Below, piece after piece: positions 1 to 12,543 of a stretch of DNA of 64,000 nt (the first letter of the stretch is position 1; the number at the start of each line of letters is the position of its first letter). Source of the stretch: Octopus vulgaris (Eukaryota); NCBI GenBank assembly GCA_951406725.2, contig OX597827.1:53382001-53446000 (forward strand). Direction: 5' to 3'. A model generated the notes under the pieces. It was not told the DNA's origin, did not search any database, and saw nothing but the letters and a program-made list of their open reading frames with translations. The translations under genes were made by a program, and so were the position numbers.

Positions 1-17
1 CCTGTTAGCACGATATT

Positions 18-68
18 TTTGTCAGTGAACAGGTCGCGGTCTCAAAGCGACGAAAATATTTTGGCAAA
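18..68 (+). ncRNA. Candidate minimal type I hammerhead ribozyme, G3:C8 core variant
   Basis: Stem I TTTGTCA/TGGCAAA; core GTGAACA plus one extra G; stem II GTCGC-9nt-GCGAC; GAAA; palindromic stem III region AAATATTT; cleavage triplet UUU. About 80 nt upstream of a (TA)n tract. Confidence 0.5.
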
Positions 69-733
69 TTAAATTTAAATGTTGAAGTGAATGTAACGGT
101 TTTTGTGTGTTTCTTAAATGGCTTACAAACACCTTCCACGCTGCAATATATATATACACACATATATATATGTATGTATGTATGTATGTGTGTATATGTG
201 TATGCATGTATGTGTGTGTGTGTGCGTGTCTGTGCTTGTGATTGTCCTCCACCACTGCTTGACAACGAATGTTGGTTTGTTTACATCCCTGTCACCTAGT
301 GGTTTGACAAAGGAAACAGATAGAATAAGTACAATGCTTACAAAAATAAAACTGGAGTTGATTCATTAAACTACAATTCTTCAATGGCTGGAAAAAGCAG
401 AAGAATAAAAGAATACATTCTCTGCTTTGTTCTTATGTTCAAGGCATGAGAAAGCTTGAGTTTACATGAGAAGGCCTAACAGACCTGGTAGAAACAGCAG
501 CCAAATCTCCCTCAAATCACACCTTACTGTCTTATGTATGTATATATATATGAGCCAATGAGGGGGACCTCTACATGGTAGCTAGACCTGGTAACATGGT
601 AGAAATAGCAGCCAAATCTCCCTCAAATCACACCTTACTGTCTTATCTTTCTGCTACTTGGATATAGGTGTTATATTCGTCGTAAAAAACTTTCCTGTCA
701 CACACTCACGCACACGCACACACACACACGCAC

Positions 734-785
<52 letters not shown>

Positions 786-1175
786 ACACGCACGTTAGCT
801 TACAATTTTATTTATATATTTGCGTGTCTATGTGTGGAAAGAGGAAGTGGGAGGCAGAGTGAAAGAATCACTCACTACAGTAAGGGAATTACTTTCATTT
901 TATTCGTTGCCCACTGTGTGTGTGCGTTTGCGTGTGGTGTAAACCAGACTAAGAAAAGCATTTGACACACACACCAGAATGTGAGTTTTCTGTAAATTTT
1001 GCTTAATTGGAGTTTAAATTTTAAAAACTGGACCTGGCATGACGCGATGCATTGTACTCTTAAAAATGCTAGGTAAATTGTAATTGAAGAAATCCTATAT
1101 TGTAGATTTCTATAACTCCCAAAGGGAGGCAGATAAAATCTGCCTTTTATAATAAGTGATATATAGATGTATATA

Positions 1176-1224
<49 letters not shown>

Positions 1225-1780
1225 GTATATATATATGTATATATATATATGTATATATATATATGTATATATATATGTATATATATATGTATATATATAT
1301 GTATGTATGTATATAGCAGTGCATCAGTGCTACCTCAAATCAACACCCAACTAGGACAGATGTATTCTTCAAGACACTGGGAGATGCCCTCTTTGCAGAC
1401 CCATCAGGGGGACAATGTTCAGCAAAGATGGGACTCTCTCAGGGACATCATCCATAGGACTGCACTGAGAGCCTTTGTTATTAGAAGGAAAATGACAAAA
1501 GTTCTTCATCCAGATCGTTTAGTCAGTCTCTCCAGAAAAAAAACTCCATGATGGAATGAATGCATGCGTCAATGGGTGATATGTTCTGTGAACAGTTGCT
1601 TCAAGAGGCATCCATCATTGCCAGATCTATGCAAAAAATGAAGATCTCGAGCAGTAATGGAAAGCCATAACCATTCTGTTTATGCTTAAGCAATGGCATT
1701 GATCAAAATTAAGTTGCAGTCATCAAGTATGTACATACGTACATTCCTGATGACTGTTTCTTTCTTTGTATGCATGTATG

Positions 1781-1813
<33 letters not shown>

Positions 1814-2491
1814 AAGACACTCGTAGCAGTAACACCTACTATCGCTGGGGTTTATATTATAAAAAAGGATCAGAAACAGTTACAAAACCTGAGGCCATAT
1901 CCTTAAAGTGATTTGTCTTTACGCATATTTGATGTACCAAGGTCTAAAACTGTAGCCTACAATTTCAAGCATCGATACATACATAGATAATACTTACAAA
2001 CATACATACATACATACATACATACATACATACATACATACATACATACATACATACATACATACATACATGCATGCATGCATATATACATGCATTATTT
2101 CTTGCCAATAATAACATAATTATCCAGATTCTTTGATGATTTTCTTTCTTCTATTTGGAAAGAGACATCTTTTCCGAAATTTTAAGATCATTAAACATCC
2201 TGCGTGAGTAAGAGAATATCTTTCCTCGTTGTTTTTCCTTATTGACATCAACTTATATTGTTTTTCTGAATTATCACCTACATTAATCAAAGTTTACTTC
2301 AAACGTTCATATAATTTACGAAAACGAACATTACACTACTTCAAGCAAATTCAAACAATCTTTTATTAATTCATTATATTTTTGATTGAGTGTTTGAAAA
2401 AGATGCTATTTTGTAGTTCATCTGAAAATGTTGATATTGAACAAACACGCAAAAACATACATTCATTTATATATACAAATATATATATTTT

Positions 2492-3530
2492 TCTAAAATT
2501 TAGGGGAAAATTTTCAAAAAATTTTTCAAAAATTATTGGGGAAAATTTTCAAAAAATATTTCAAGATATTTTGGGGAAAATTTCCAAAAAATTTTCAAAA
2601 AACTTGTCAGAAATTTTGGTGAAAATTTCTAAAAAATTTTTCAAAAATTTTGAGGAAAATTTTTGGGGAAAATTTTCAAAAAATTTTTCAAAAATTTAGG
2701 GGAAAATTTTCGAAAAATTTTTCAAAATTTTGGGGAAAATTGTCCAAAAACTTTTCGGAAAAGTTTTCAATAAATTTCCCAAAAAATTTTTCAAAAATTT
2801 AGGGGAAACGTTTCGAAAAATTTTTCAAAAACTTTTGGGGAAATTTTCAAAAATTTTGGGGAAAATTTTCAAAAATCTTTGGGAAAAATATTCAAAAATT
2901 TTTGGGGAAAACTTTCAACAATATTTGGAAAAAATTTTCAAAAATTGTGGGGGAAAATTAAAAAAAAATTTTGGGGAAAGTTTCCGGCAATCTCCGGCAA
3001 TGTCCGGCATTTTCCGGCATTGAAAAATTAAAAAAAACTTTTGAAAATTATCCCCAAATATTTTTGGAAATTTGACACGAAAATTATTGAAAATTTACGC
3101 CGAAAATTTTTGAAAATTATTCCGAAAATAGTTTTGAAAATTTTCACCTACATTATTGGGAAATCTCCCAAAATGCTATTCCGCCTATCTCCGACAATCT
3201 CCGGCAATTTCCAGCAATTTAGGGCAATCTCCGGCAATTTTGGGGGAAGATTTTCAAAAATTTTTGGGAAAAGTTTTCAAAAATTTTTTGGGAAAAATAT
3301 TCAGAAGTTTTTGGGAAAAAATTTCAAAAATATTTGGCGAAAATTCTCAAAATTTTTTAGGGAATATTTCCCAAAAATTTTCAAAAAATTTTTCAAAAAT
3401 TTTAGGGGAGAATATTCAAAAATTTTTGAGGAAAATTTTCAAAAAATTTTTCAAAAATTTTCGGGGAAAATTTTCAAAAAGTTTTTCAAAATTTTTGGGG
3501 AAAACTTTCAAAAATTTGTGAGGAAAATTA
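2492..3530. repeat. Degenerate minisatellite/low-complexity array of TTTTCAAAAATTTT(T)GGGGAAAA-type units
   Basis: About 1 kb of repeated TTTTCAAAAA / AAAATTTT / GGGGAAAA modules, interrupted by a few CCGGCAAT units. Its ORFs are K/F/I-rich artefacts. Confidence 0.9.
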
Positions 3531-4474
3531 GACAATAATTAGACAATACCCCCACCCTTTTGACACAATTCAATGATGTAAGCGATCTCTGAGACAATGT
3601 GATGTTTTGACCATATTGTGTGTGTCCTTTTAATTAATTTTTTTTTAAAGTAAACACTTTCAAACTTCTGTTACTGGTAGAATGGGTCACATAGAACAGG
3701 GTTTACTCTTAACGTTTTGGATAAAATTTTGTACTTTAGAAGTTATTTCGTCTGAAATTACAGAGTGAGAATGGACAAATTCGTGTTTGATAAGTGCCAA
3801 TACACGAAACTCTCAGTTGTTGACTTACTCTCTAATTTCTGCCGATGATATATATATACATATTACATAAATGTGTAAAACAAATCTTATCACACAATCG
3901 AACCAATGAAAGAGCCTCTATCTGGTCGCTCCATACGTTAAAAATAGCAGCCAAAGAAGCCCACTACCCACATCTCACGCCCATTGTATGTAATGTCCTA
4001 GATTATCCCTAAAAAGACGGTTTGCTGAAGGCTGGAATGTCTTTGAGGATACGTTTTCAGTATCAGGGTTGATTTGAGGTTGAATAACAACATTATAGTT
4101 AATTTCTATATTAACACTCGCACGATTTTCACTCAGAAAAAACAAAAAAGTTATTTTTGCGTGGAATCAAGACCTTGACCTCCTAATGTGCTGCAAATCC
4201 CTTATTTTGGTTCGGAAAAAATTAGGTGGGGTTCACCCTCCCAATCCCGGAATCGATGGAAATGTTTTTTCGTTGAATGAATTCCTGTGACCTCCTAATA
4301 TTGAAAAATTAGGTTATTTAATTTGAGCCTGGTAACTGATCGTTTTGGGATCTTGTTGTTTGTAATTTTTGGTGCTCCATTGTGCAACGAACGACATGGT
4401 AAAAATCCCTGCCATAAATTTGGTGTAGATGGGTAATATCAAATAATTCAATCACAACATATATTTAAATTCAA

Positions 4475-4972
4475 CATGGAAAAATGCAAGCATGAAAATA
4501 AGATTCTTAAGATTATAAACCTGGAAAAGTACAGGACAAGTTATTACACCTGTAAGAGTATAGGACAAGCTATTACTTCAAGTAAAGAATAAGATACTTT
4601 TTACTTAAAATATTGCAGCTAAAATTAAAATTTGAATATTAAAAATTATTTTATTATAGTTTTCAAATAACACTATACATATTTAAGTACAATTTGGCTA
4701 TTTTACTACTTTAAATGCAGAAAATAGTGACTAATTAGAAAAACTTGCAAATTAGCTGAACAGTTTTGCGCAATATAAGATGAGAACTCTAAAGAGTGAT
4801 AAATAAGAAGTGGCATTCTTTGGTGCAATATTTTAAGTAAAAAGTTTCTTATTCTTTATTTTACTTAACGTAGTAGTTTGTCTTATACGTTTACAGGTGT
4901 AATAACTTGTCCCGTACTTTTCCAGGTTTATAATCTTAAGAATATTACTTTTCATGCTTGCATTTTTCCATG
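4475..4972. mobile_element. MITE with long (~140 bp) terminal inverted repeats
   Basis: Starts CATGGAAAAATGCAAGCATGAAAA, ends TTTTCATGCTTGCATTTTTCCATG; second copy at 47098-47594. Confidence 0.85.
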
Positions 4973-4996
4973 TATATATATATATATATATTTATA

Positions 4997-7380
4997 CTAG
5001 CAGAGATACCTGGCGTTGCCCGGTTACATTCAATTGAAGAATTAGACTTTTCTGTTATATATATATATGGACACACACACACACACACACACACATATGT
5101 ATATTAATATAAATACATGACAGTACATGAAGTTTGTTAAAAAAAAAGGGGATCATGTATATACCTCCTGGCTGTTGAGATTATAACACCTTGTTGTAAA
5201 CAATGTTCCTTATTTTTCCTTGTGGAACATATACAAAAAGGTTTTTTTTGGTTCCTACTCTTGAGCAGCCAACATACAGTTGCCCATGCGAGAAGCAGGG
5301 CTCTTCCAAGAGACGACCAGCTGCAGAGAGGGTTTGACCCTAAGATTTGTTAATGGACATGGCAAAGCTGACACGAAGGGGGAATTGCAGTCTTCTGAAT
5401 GTAAATGGAATTTCTGCTCCTGATGGAGTAAGAGGAATTCTTGGAATAAAGACGTCATCACCTTTTCCACATCCAGAAAGAATGATCGCCTCGATAACGT
5501 GTGACATCATTTTCTTTATCACCAGTCGTGTTCCATTGCAAAGTCTTGGTGGTTCCAGATTTCGGAGTAGCATTACAGGAGTTCCAACTTTAAGTGCTAT
5601 TATGTGTGGAGGTAGTCCAGGAGGCTTCAGTGAATTGAGAAATTCAGGAGGATAGTTCACATCTTCATTTATATCTGGAATTGTATCAACAGACTTGTAA
5701 GTGTATATAGTGCCGAGAAGAGAATGCATTAGCTGTTGATTAATTTTGTTAACAGCGACGTTTTTTGGAGCTAGTATTGCTCTTTCACACAACCAATTGT
5801 GATTTTGGTAGTTTTGTGTGAAGTTGGGAAAGACTTTGTTTTTGAGGTTATCTACAGAATTAACAACAGAGGAAAATGACCACACTTCCATTTGTCCTGC
5901 AGCATCGAGAGGCATCGCCTTCACCAAGTGTCAAAATTTCCTGTGCAAACTTTGTAGACATTTTGTCGCCGTGTAGCTGAGCTCTCATGTTAGTGATGAG
6001 ACTGAGGATTGTAACATGATGCCACAGGGTAGAGGACTTTAGGCATGCTTGGACGTCATCTGCTCTAGTGCCTTTCGGAATGACAGGATGAGTTTGCCTG
6101 AAATCACCTGACAACAGAAGCGTTACACCTCCCATTGGAGCCTGACAGTCTCGGATGTCTTTCAGGGCTCTATCTAATGCTTCCAAAGCTCCCTTGTGAG
6201 CCATAGTGCACTCATCCCAGACAATTAGATGACACATTTTAAGTACTTGTCCCTGATCTGAGCTTTTGTTGATGTTGCATGAAGGCATTTCGGATGCTGC
6301 TAAATTGAAAGGGAGTTTAAAAGTTGATTGTGCTGTCCTGCTACCGGGTAACAAAGTAGCTGCAATGCCAGAGGAGGCTACAGCTACTGCAATGTCCTGA
6401 TGTTGTCTAACTTCTGCAAGGAGAAGCTTTGTAATAAATGTTTTTCCTGTCCATCCAGGAGCATCGAGGAAGAAGATTCGTCCCTCGCGTTGGCGTACAC
6501 TGTTAAGAATAGTTCTGTAGGCCTGTAGCTGGTCCGGAAGTAATGTAGGCTCATTTTCAACAATGTACTTTGAAAGCGCTTGAGTGTCGTAGGTTGTTTC
6601 ACGAATGACAGCAGTGGGAAGGCTATTTGACCCTGACCAGAATGCTTGTGGCATGCCATACGTCGACAATTCCTTTCCACCCAGTTTAGCAATTCTGTCT
6701 TCAATGTCAATGAGTGTTTTGCTATAGATTTCATTGCTGATACCCTCCATGTCAGGATAGAGCAGTTGAGCTTGGCGCTGAAAGTCTTCAGCCAGGTTGT
6801 CTCTATATTTGAGCCATAGAGTGGCCGGATCACACAGTTCGCATGCCTGTAGTAATACTGCAAATAGTGCCCTGAGACTTTTAGGTGATTGTGATAAAGC
6901 AGCCTCTCCTAAAGTTGCATCCCATTGTGCACCATCTTCTAACAGACCTTGTCGATAGCAGGCTTCTCTGTATGTTGTGCAGACATGTCCATGAATGGTT
7001 TCTAGGGCCTGGAAACACGTTGTCCCTCTGACTTCATGCAGTAGTAGACGGAGGTAGAAGCACTCTTGTTGAGTGGGATGCACTATGTATACTCGCCCAA
7101 GGCAAGTGTGAAACTTAATGCCAGGGTATCCATGAACATTTTGACCTGCTTTCCGTGGGGCCCATTTTTTCCATTCCAAGTGTAGTACGATGGAATCTGT
7201 GGATACAGCAAGGTTTGGGAGAATGGATCCACTTGACAAAGCTTGAAGAATGCAGTGAGTGTGCTATCCCTTAGTTCCTCTGCCAACAGAGAAGCATTAG
7301 CATCGGTGAAGTACACTCTTTGACCATTTTCCAGGTGCACTGCAAGCTGCTGAATGGCGGGGTGTCGTTGGCGTATCCTG
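4997..7380 (-). mobile_element. Helitron, 5'-truncated, with frameshifted Rep/PIF1-helicase
   Basis: ORFs 7083-7439, 5860-7239 and 5340-5927 carry VHLENGQRVYF, Walker A DAPGWTGKT, DECTM, GDFRQ, LCNGTR and QFPLRVSFAMSINKS. The minus-strand 3' end has a hairpin CCGGGCAACGCCAGG followed by TATCTCTGCTAG|T (CTAG at 4997-5000). Confidence 0.9.
5340..7360 (-). pseudogene. Helitron RepHel PIF1-family helicase pseudogene
   Basis: PIF1 helicase motifs are split over three frames by frameshifts. Confidence 0.9.
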
Positions 7381-7775
7381 CCACCAAAAGTTGTTCGCTG
7401 TTTGTGAATAGTGTGTATTTTTACAACTACGTTTACCAATAATTGGAAAGCTGTATTTTAAGTGGGGTAGTCCAGGTTCTAATCCGAATACCATAGGGCT
7501 TGGAGTACCTGAATGCACGGAAGAATTTTTTGCTGTCAGAATTGAGCACAACAGCAGCTGAAGTTATGGACGGACTTCTCGGAAGGGATATAGAAGCTGG
7601 AGATTGTCAGCAAGACGAATTTTATAAATAAACTGATAAATTCATGACATGAATGGCAATTTTAATTATTTCGATTCATCTCATTGTGACCCTGTCGAAG
7701 TTTTGAAAGCGTATATATTGTCGATCCACCCTGTATGTGTACCGGCCGTATATCCTAACATTTCATTATGTGATC

Positions 7776-7960
7776 GGCGAGCAGGCAAAATCGTTAGCAC
7801 ATTGAGGAAAACGCTTAGTGGCATTTTGTCCATCCTTATGTTTTGATTTCAAATTCTGCCGAGATCGACTTTGCTTTTCATCCTTTCGGGTTCGATAAAA
7901 TAAGTTCCAGTTAATTACTCCAACCCCGAAAAAGCTGGCCTTGTGCCAAAATTTGAAACT
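7776..7960 (+). mobile_element. tRNA-derived SINE (family A), diverged
   Basis: GGCGAGCAGGCAAAATCGTTAGCAC...TTCAAATTCTGCCGAGATCGACTTTGCTTTTCATCC matches the other copies in the window. Confidence 0.8.
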
Positions 7961-8221
7961 ATTATTTGATCGGAAGGAGATGGGAATTTTCCTGTAGCCT
8001 TATAATATCCAACCTCTATAAAGCTGAACTTCCCCAGGATGATACATGAATGGAAAATGAAAGTAAGGAGGATATCCAGAGGGTGTATTACTGAGAATAA
8101 AGAACTGGGTGATGCGTTTGGTACACGGCTTCAGGAGAGAGGTAGTTAACCATGACAGAGAAGGTTATCATGGCTTCACTCCCTGTGCTTTAGTTTCGTT
8201 ACTGTAGCAACAGGTCGGATA

Positions 8222-8875
8222 TTCAGACCACGTACACACATACATATACACAAAGTTGCAGAAAGTGTATAAAGAGGAGAGTATGAGCCTCACACAAGTG
8301 TACGAGTGGTTCAGACTTTTCTAAAAATTGCCGGAAAATTTTTGATATTGACGAACGTTCTGAGAGACCCGCAACCAGCAGAACTGAGAAAAACATGTGC
8401 GTGAAGCTGTGAGGGGAAAATCGTCGAATCACCATCCATGAGTAATCAGATGTACATATTAGTTACGTTTCAGTTTTTCAGTTCAGTTCATTATCACTGA
8501 AGAGTTGGGTATTTTGTGCGCAAACTGCTTTCAGCTGGCCAAAAAGACACCCGGGTTTCAGTTGCACAAGATCTCCTTGATTGTTTCGCGAACGATGAAA
8601 ACTTTTTAAAAACTTTACGTTGGCTTCTGAGCAAGTATCGCCAAGCTTTTGGCAAAATTTGATGCAACGTTCTCTGTCATAGTCACTGCGACGATCACAC
8701 GCTACACACCTATCTTCCAGCAATTGCTATAAACAACGGAAGTGAGCTAGAACGTTAAAACTTAATGCACATCTACAGCAGAGTTCAAGGTCAATCTGTA
8801 CCAAGCGGCTTTGCTCTCCATTCTTTAGTTTCGCAGCTATAGCAACAGTCCGGATACTTGTTGATCAGACCACGT
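8222..8875 (-). mobile_element. Tc1/mariner remnant
   Basis: N-terminal transposase-like RCIKFCQKLGDTCSEA; terminal CGTGGTCTGATCAACAAGTATCCGGAC next to TA. Confidence 0.6.
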
Positions 8876-10934
8876 ACACACATACATACACATAGATATA
8901 CACATAGACACAAATGCATACACAAACATGTATACATACATACATGTATGCATATACACATGCATTCATGCATGCATACATACGTACTCGTACATACACA
9001 TACGCACACGTACATATACACATATACACACACACGTTTGCACATGCATATACATACATACACACATACATACATACATACATACATACATACATACATA
9101 CATACATACACACAATGATGAAGCTTTGTTTCATTATTAAAACTAACTTCTTTGAAGGAAGAATTCAGATAGTTTAAAAATAAAGATAACATACATACAT
9201 TCATACATACATACGCACACGCATACGTACACATATACATATACGCATACGTACACACATAATGCAAGCATACATACATACATACATACATACATACATA
9301 CATACGTACATACATACATACATACATACATACATACATACATACATACATACATACATACATACATACATACATACATACATACATACGTACGTACGTA
9401 CGTACAAGTGTGCTAAAAAATAGTAGTCGAAAACAAGTTTATAGATCAACAGGAAAACAAGTTTGCAGTCGAACGGCAAAAACAGATTTAGTGAATTGAA
9501 GAAATAGTGAATATAGTTTAAGAGTAGCTAGTACATACAGGTACGAGAACATGTTGTTTAAGAAGTACATTGGGTAGGTTAGACGAGTATTGTGCCTGCG
9601 GAGACACAAACGTCAGAAAACATAAGACCAAATAAATAAAAGAACAATCTTAATTTCTAGAGCCGACAAAGTAATATGGAAATTGGTTTCGTTATGATAA
9701 CAAAAAGAATGTCATCGAGTTCTCGAAAGGTGAAATCGTTCTCAACCCATAAAAATAACAACTTATTGTCCTGAAGTTTATTGATGTTTTAGAGGCAACA
9801 GTGAAATATACATAGTCGTTAAATTACTAAAGGGAGTGATTTAACATTGATTCTTGAAGTCTCTCACGAGGTTTAAACCTCAACATAACAAGATACTTGA
9901 AACGGGTATACAAAGTTTATCTTATTTCGCTCTGGCTCTCACAATATATGGGAACTGTACGTACTTTTACAAAAATTAGTTATTGGCGGCGAAGTAGTTT
10001 TCTTGGTAACAGCATCAGGAGTGAAGAATGAGCCGCGAACCATTAGAGATGATATCTACTACCAAAAATTAATGACAAACATTCATCTTTCAATAGATTT
10101 AAATATGAGATTGAAGAAAAAGTTATAAATACAGAAGAATATATATCCAATTACTCTAAATTAATTTTGTATGTATGAAAAATTCTTCCAAAACAAAACA
10201 AAAAAAAAAAAACTAGAGAAAGAACTTGGGTATAGCAACCAAAAAACAATTATTTCGGTGGAAGTATGCAAAGTCAATCTTCTGTGGAGACAGAACCACG
10301 CATCTTCTCTCATTCAGAGCGTTTAGAATATCCCAGAATATGCCAGTCAATATCCAAAATAAAACTTCTATGTACTCTACAAACATCATGTAGTTATAAA
10401 CGCCACTTGTAACATACTTAAATAATAACCACGAATCAAGACATGAATTTAATTACATGCTGTAACTATGAGTTATAATTTGCAGAGGTGACAACCGAAA
10501 GATCTTGATCTCTACCTAAAGAGACCTCATTCAGTTTCAATACGGTTAGAAACATACATGCGTTCTAATTCATAGTGTTTATATATCATTCAATATCCAG
10601 AAGTTTAGATTATTCGGCTGCTAGATACGCGTGCACTTGTGGATTATAATCCAAAATCGTTCAGGATTATGAAAAGACATATAAAGTTAACTAATTCACT
10701 GCTCATAAATTACAAAAGCTGCACATGCAGATTAATTATTCTAAATATTCTGATAAAACTGCTGCTTAGCTCAAAAAGTATGCATGTTTCTAGGCATGCC
10801 GACATCATGATATAGGCAAGTCTTTTCCAATAGTCAGATAACTTCCGGTCCTCCATGTTAGCTAACTTTTTTCTCAACTACAACTTTAATCTTTATGCTC
10901 TCCAATGCCGTTGACTCTCTTTACTCTCTTTTTA

Positions 10935-11150
10935 CTCTTTTTATTTTTTCACTCATTTGACTGCGACCATGCTGGAGCACCGCCTTTAGTCGAGCAAATC
11001 GAACCCAGGACATATTCTTTGTAAGCCTAGTATTTATTCTATCGGTCTCTTTTGCCGAACCGCTAGGTTACGGGGACGTAAACACACCAGCATCGAGTGT
11101 CAAGCGATGTTGGTGGTGGGGGGGACAAACACAGACACATAAACAAATAC
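10935..11150 (-). mobile_element. SINE family B, 3' half (5' half at 13806-13960)
   Basis: Matches 30757-30950 of the uninterrupted copy at 30757-31222. Confidence 0.75.
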
Positions 11151-11416
11151 ACACACACACAAACATATATATATGTATATATATATAATTAATCAATATA
11201 GGGTGGCAAAAAAAAATTTTGTAGAATTCTTTTGCCACCAGCGGCCTAGTAGGAAAAAATTAAAATAGTCAAAGACCATTTTTAAGTTCAACATCAACAA
11301 TAAAGGAACGGCCATAATAGGCCATTCACCCACTAGAAATAACAGCCAAAGCTTCAACCGCAAATAAAAGTTAATTCAGTAAACCAGGAGAAAATTTAAA
11401 AAACATTTACCCTGTA

Positions 11417-11523
11417 ATTTCTTATACGATATACCGTTTCATCTGCTGATTAATGGTAAACTAACCTGATTAAATTAAATCAAGCCAATCTTCCACAGGC
11501 CCTCAGATTCTTCAGTAAGAAAT
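11417..11523 (-). ncRNA. Type I hammerhead ribozyme (inverted copy)
   Basis: Reverse complement of 11942-12048. Confidence 0.85.
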
Positions 11524-11941
11524 AGCCCAAGACGGAACAGATATTTTCACGAGGCATTTCCGACGTTGCCAAGTTAATATCTGACCTAAAATTTTCAAAT
11601 CGTCGCACTCGCGCCAAATTTATCGGCAGCAAATAAATATAAGCCGTCGATTCCATTACGGAATTAACCAGAAAATTCATAATTAATCAATATAGGGTGG
11701 CAAAAAAAAATTTTGTAGAATTCTTTTGCCACCAGCGGCCTAGTAGGAAAAAATTTTTTTTTTGCCACCCTATATTGATTAATTATGAATTTTCTGGTTA
11801 ATTTCGTAATGGAATCGACGGCTTATATTTATTTGCTGCCGATAAATTTGGCGCGAGTGCGACGATTTGAAAATTTTAGGTCAGATATTAACTTGGCAAC
11901 GTCGGAAATGCCTCGTGAAAATATCTGTTCCGTCTTGGGCT

Positions 11942-12048
11942 ATTTCTTACTGAAGAATCTGAGGGCCTGTGGAAGATTGGCTTGATTTAATTTAATCAGG
12001 TTAGTTTACCATTAATCAGCAGATGAAACGGTATATCGTATAAGAAAT
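11942..12048 (+). ncRNA. Type I hammerhead ribozyme
   Basis: Stem I ATTTCTTA/TAAGAAAT; core CTGAAGA (11950-11956); stem II ATCTG...CAGAT; GAAA; stem III ACGG-TATA-TCGT; GUA triplet; predicted cleavage after 12040. Confidence 0.9.
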
Positions 12049-12436
12049 TACAGGGTAAATGTTTTTAAAATTTTCTCCTGGTTTACTGAATTAACTTTTA
12101 TTTGCGGTTGAAGCTTTGGCTGTTATTTCTAGTGGGTGAATGGCCTATTATGGCCGTTCCTTTATTGTTGATGTTGAACTTAAAAATGGTCTTTGACTAT
12201 TTTAATTTTTTCCTACTAGGCCGCTGGTGGCAAAAGGAATTCTACAAAATTTTTTTTTGCCACCCTATATTGATTAATTATGAATTTTCTGGTTAATTCC
12301 GTAATGGAATCGACGGCTTATATTTATTTGCTGCCGATAAATTTGGCGCGAGTGCGACGATTTGAAAATTTTAGGTCAGATATTAACTTGGCAACGTCGG
12401 AAATGCCTCGTGAAAATATCTGTTCCGTCTTGGGCT

Positions 12437-12543
12437 ATTTCTTACTGAAGAATCTGAGGGCCTGTGGAAGATTGGCTTGATTTAATTTAATCAGGTTAGT
12501 TTACCATTAATCAGCAGATGAAACGGTATATCGTATAAGAAAT
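12437..12543 (+). ncRNA. Type I hammerhead ribozyme
   Basis: Same sequence as 11942-12048; predicted cleavage after 12535. Confidence 0.9.

Noticed and set aside
875-1551. ORFs rich in YI/HT/CV/MYV, here and at about 8800-9480, 13100-13930, 17500-18500, 37900-38370 and 40700-41300
   Set aside because: They are translations of (TA)n, (CA)n and (TACA)n microsatellites.
11785-11985. 66-aa ORF repeated four times (MNFLVN...CGRLA)
   Set aside because: It recurs only because the monomer is repeated. It has no recognisable domain and overlaps the hammerhead, so the RNA structure explains the sequence better.
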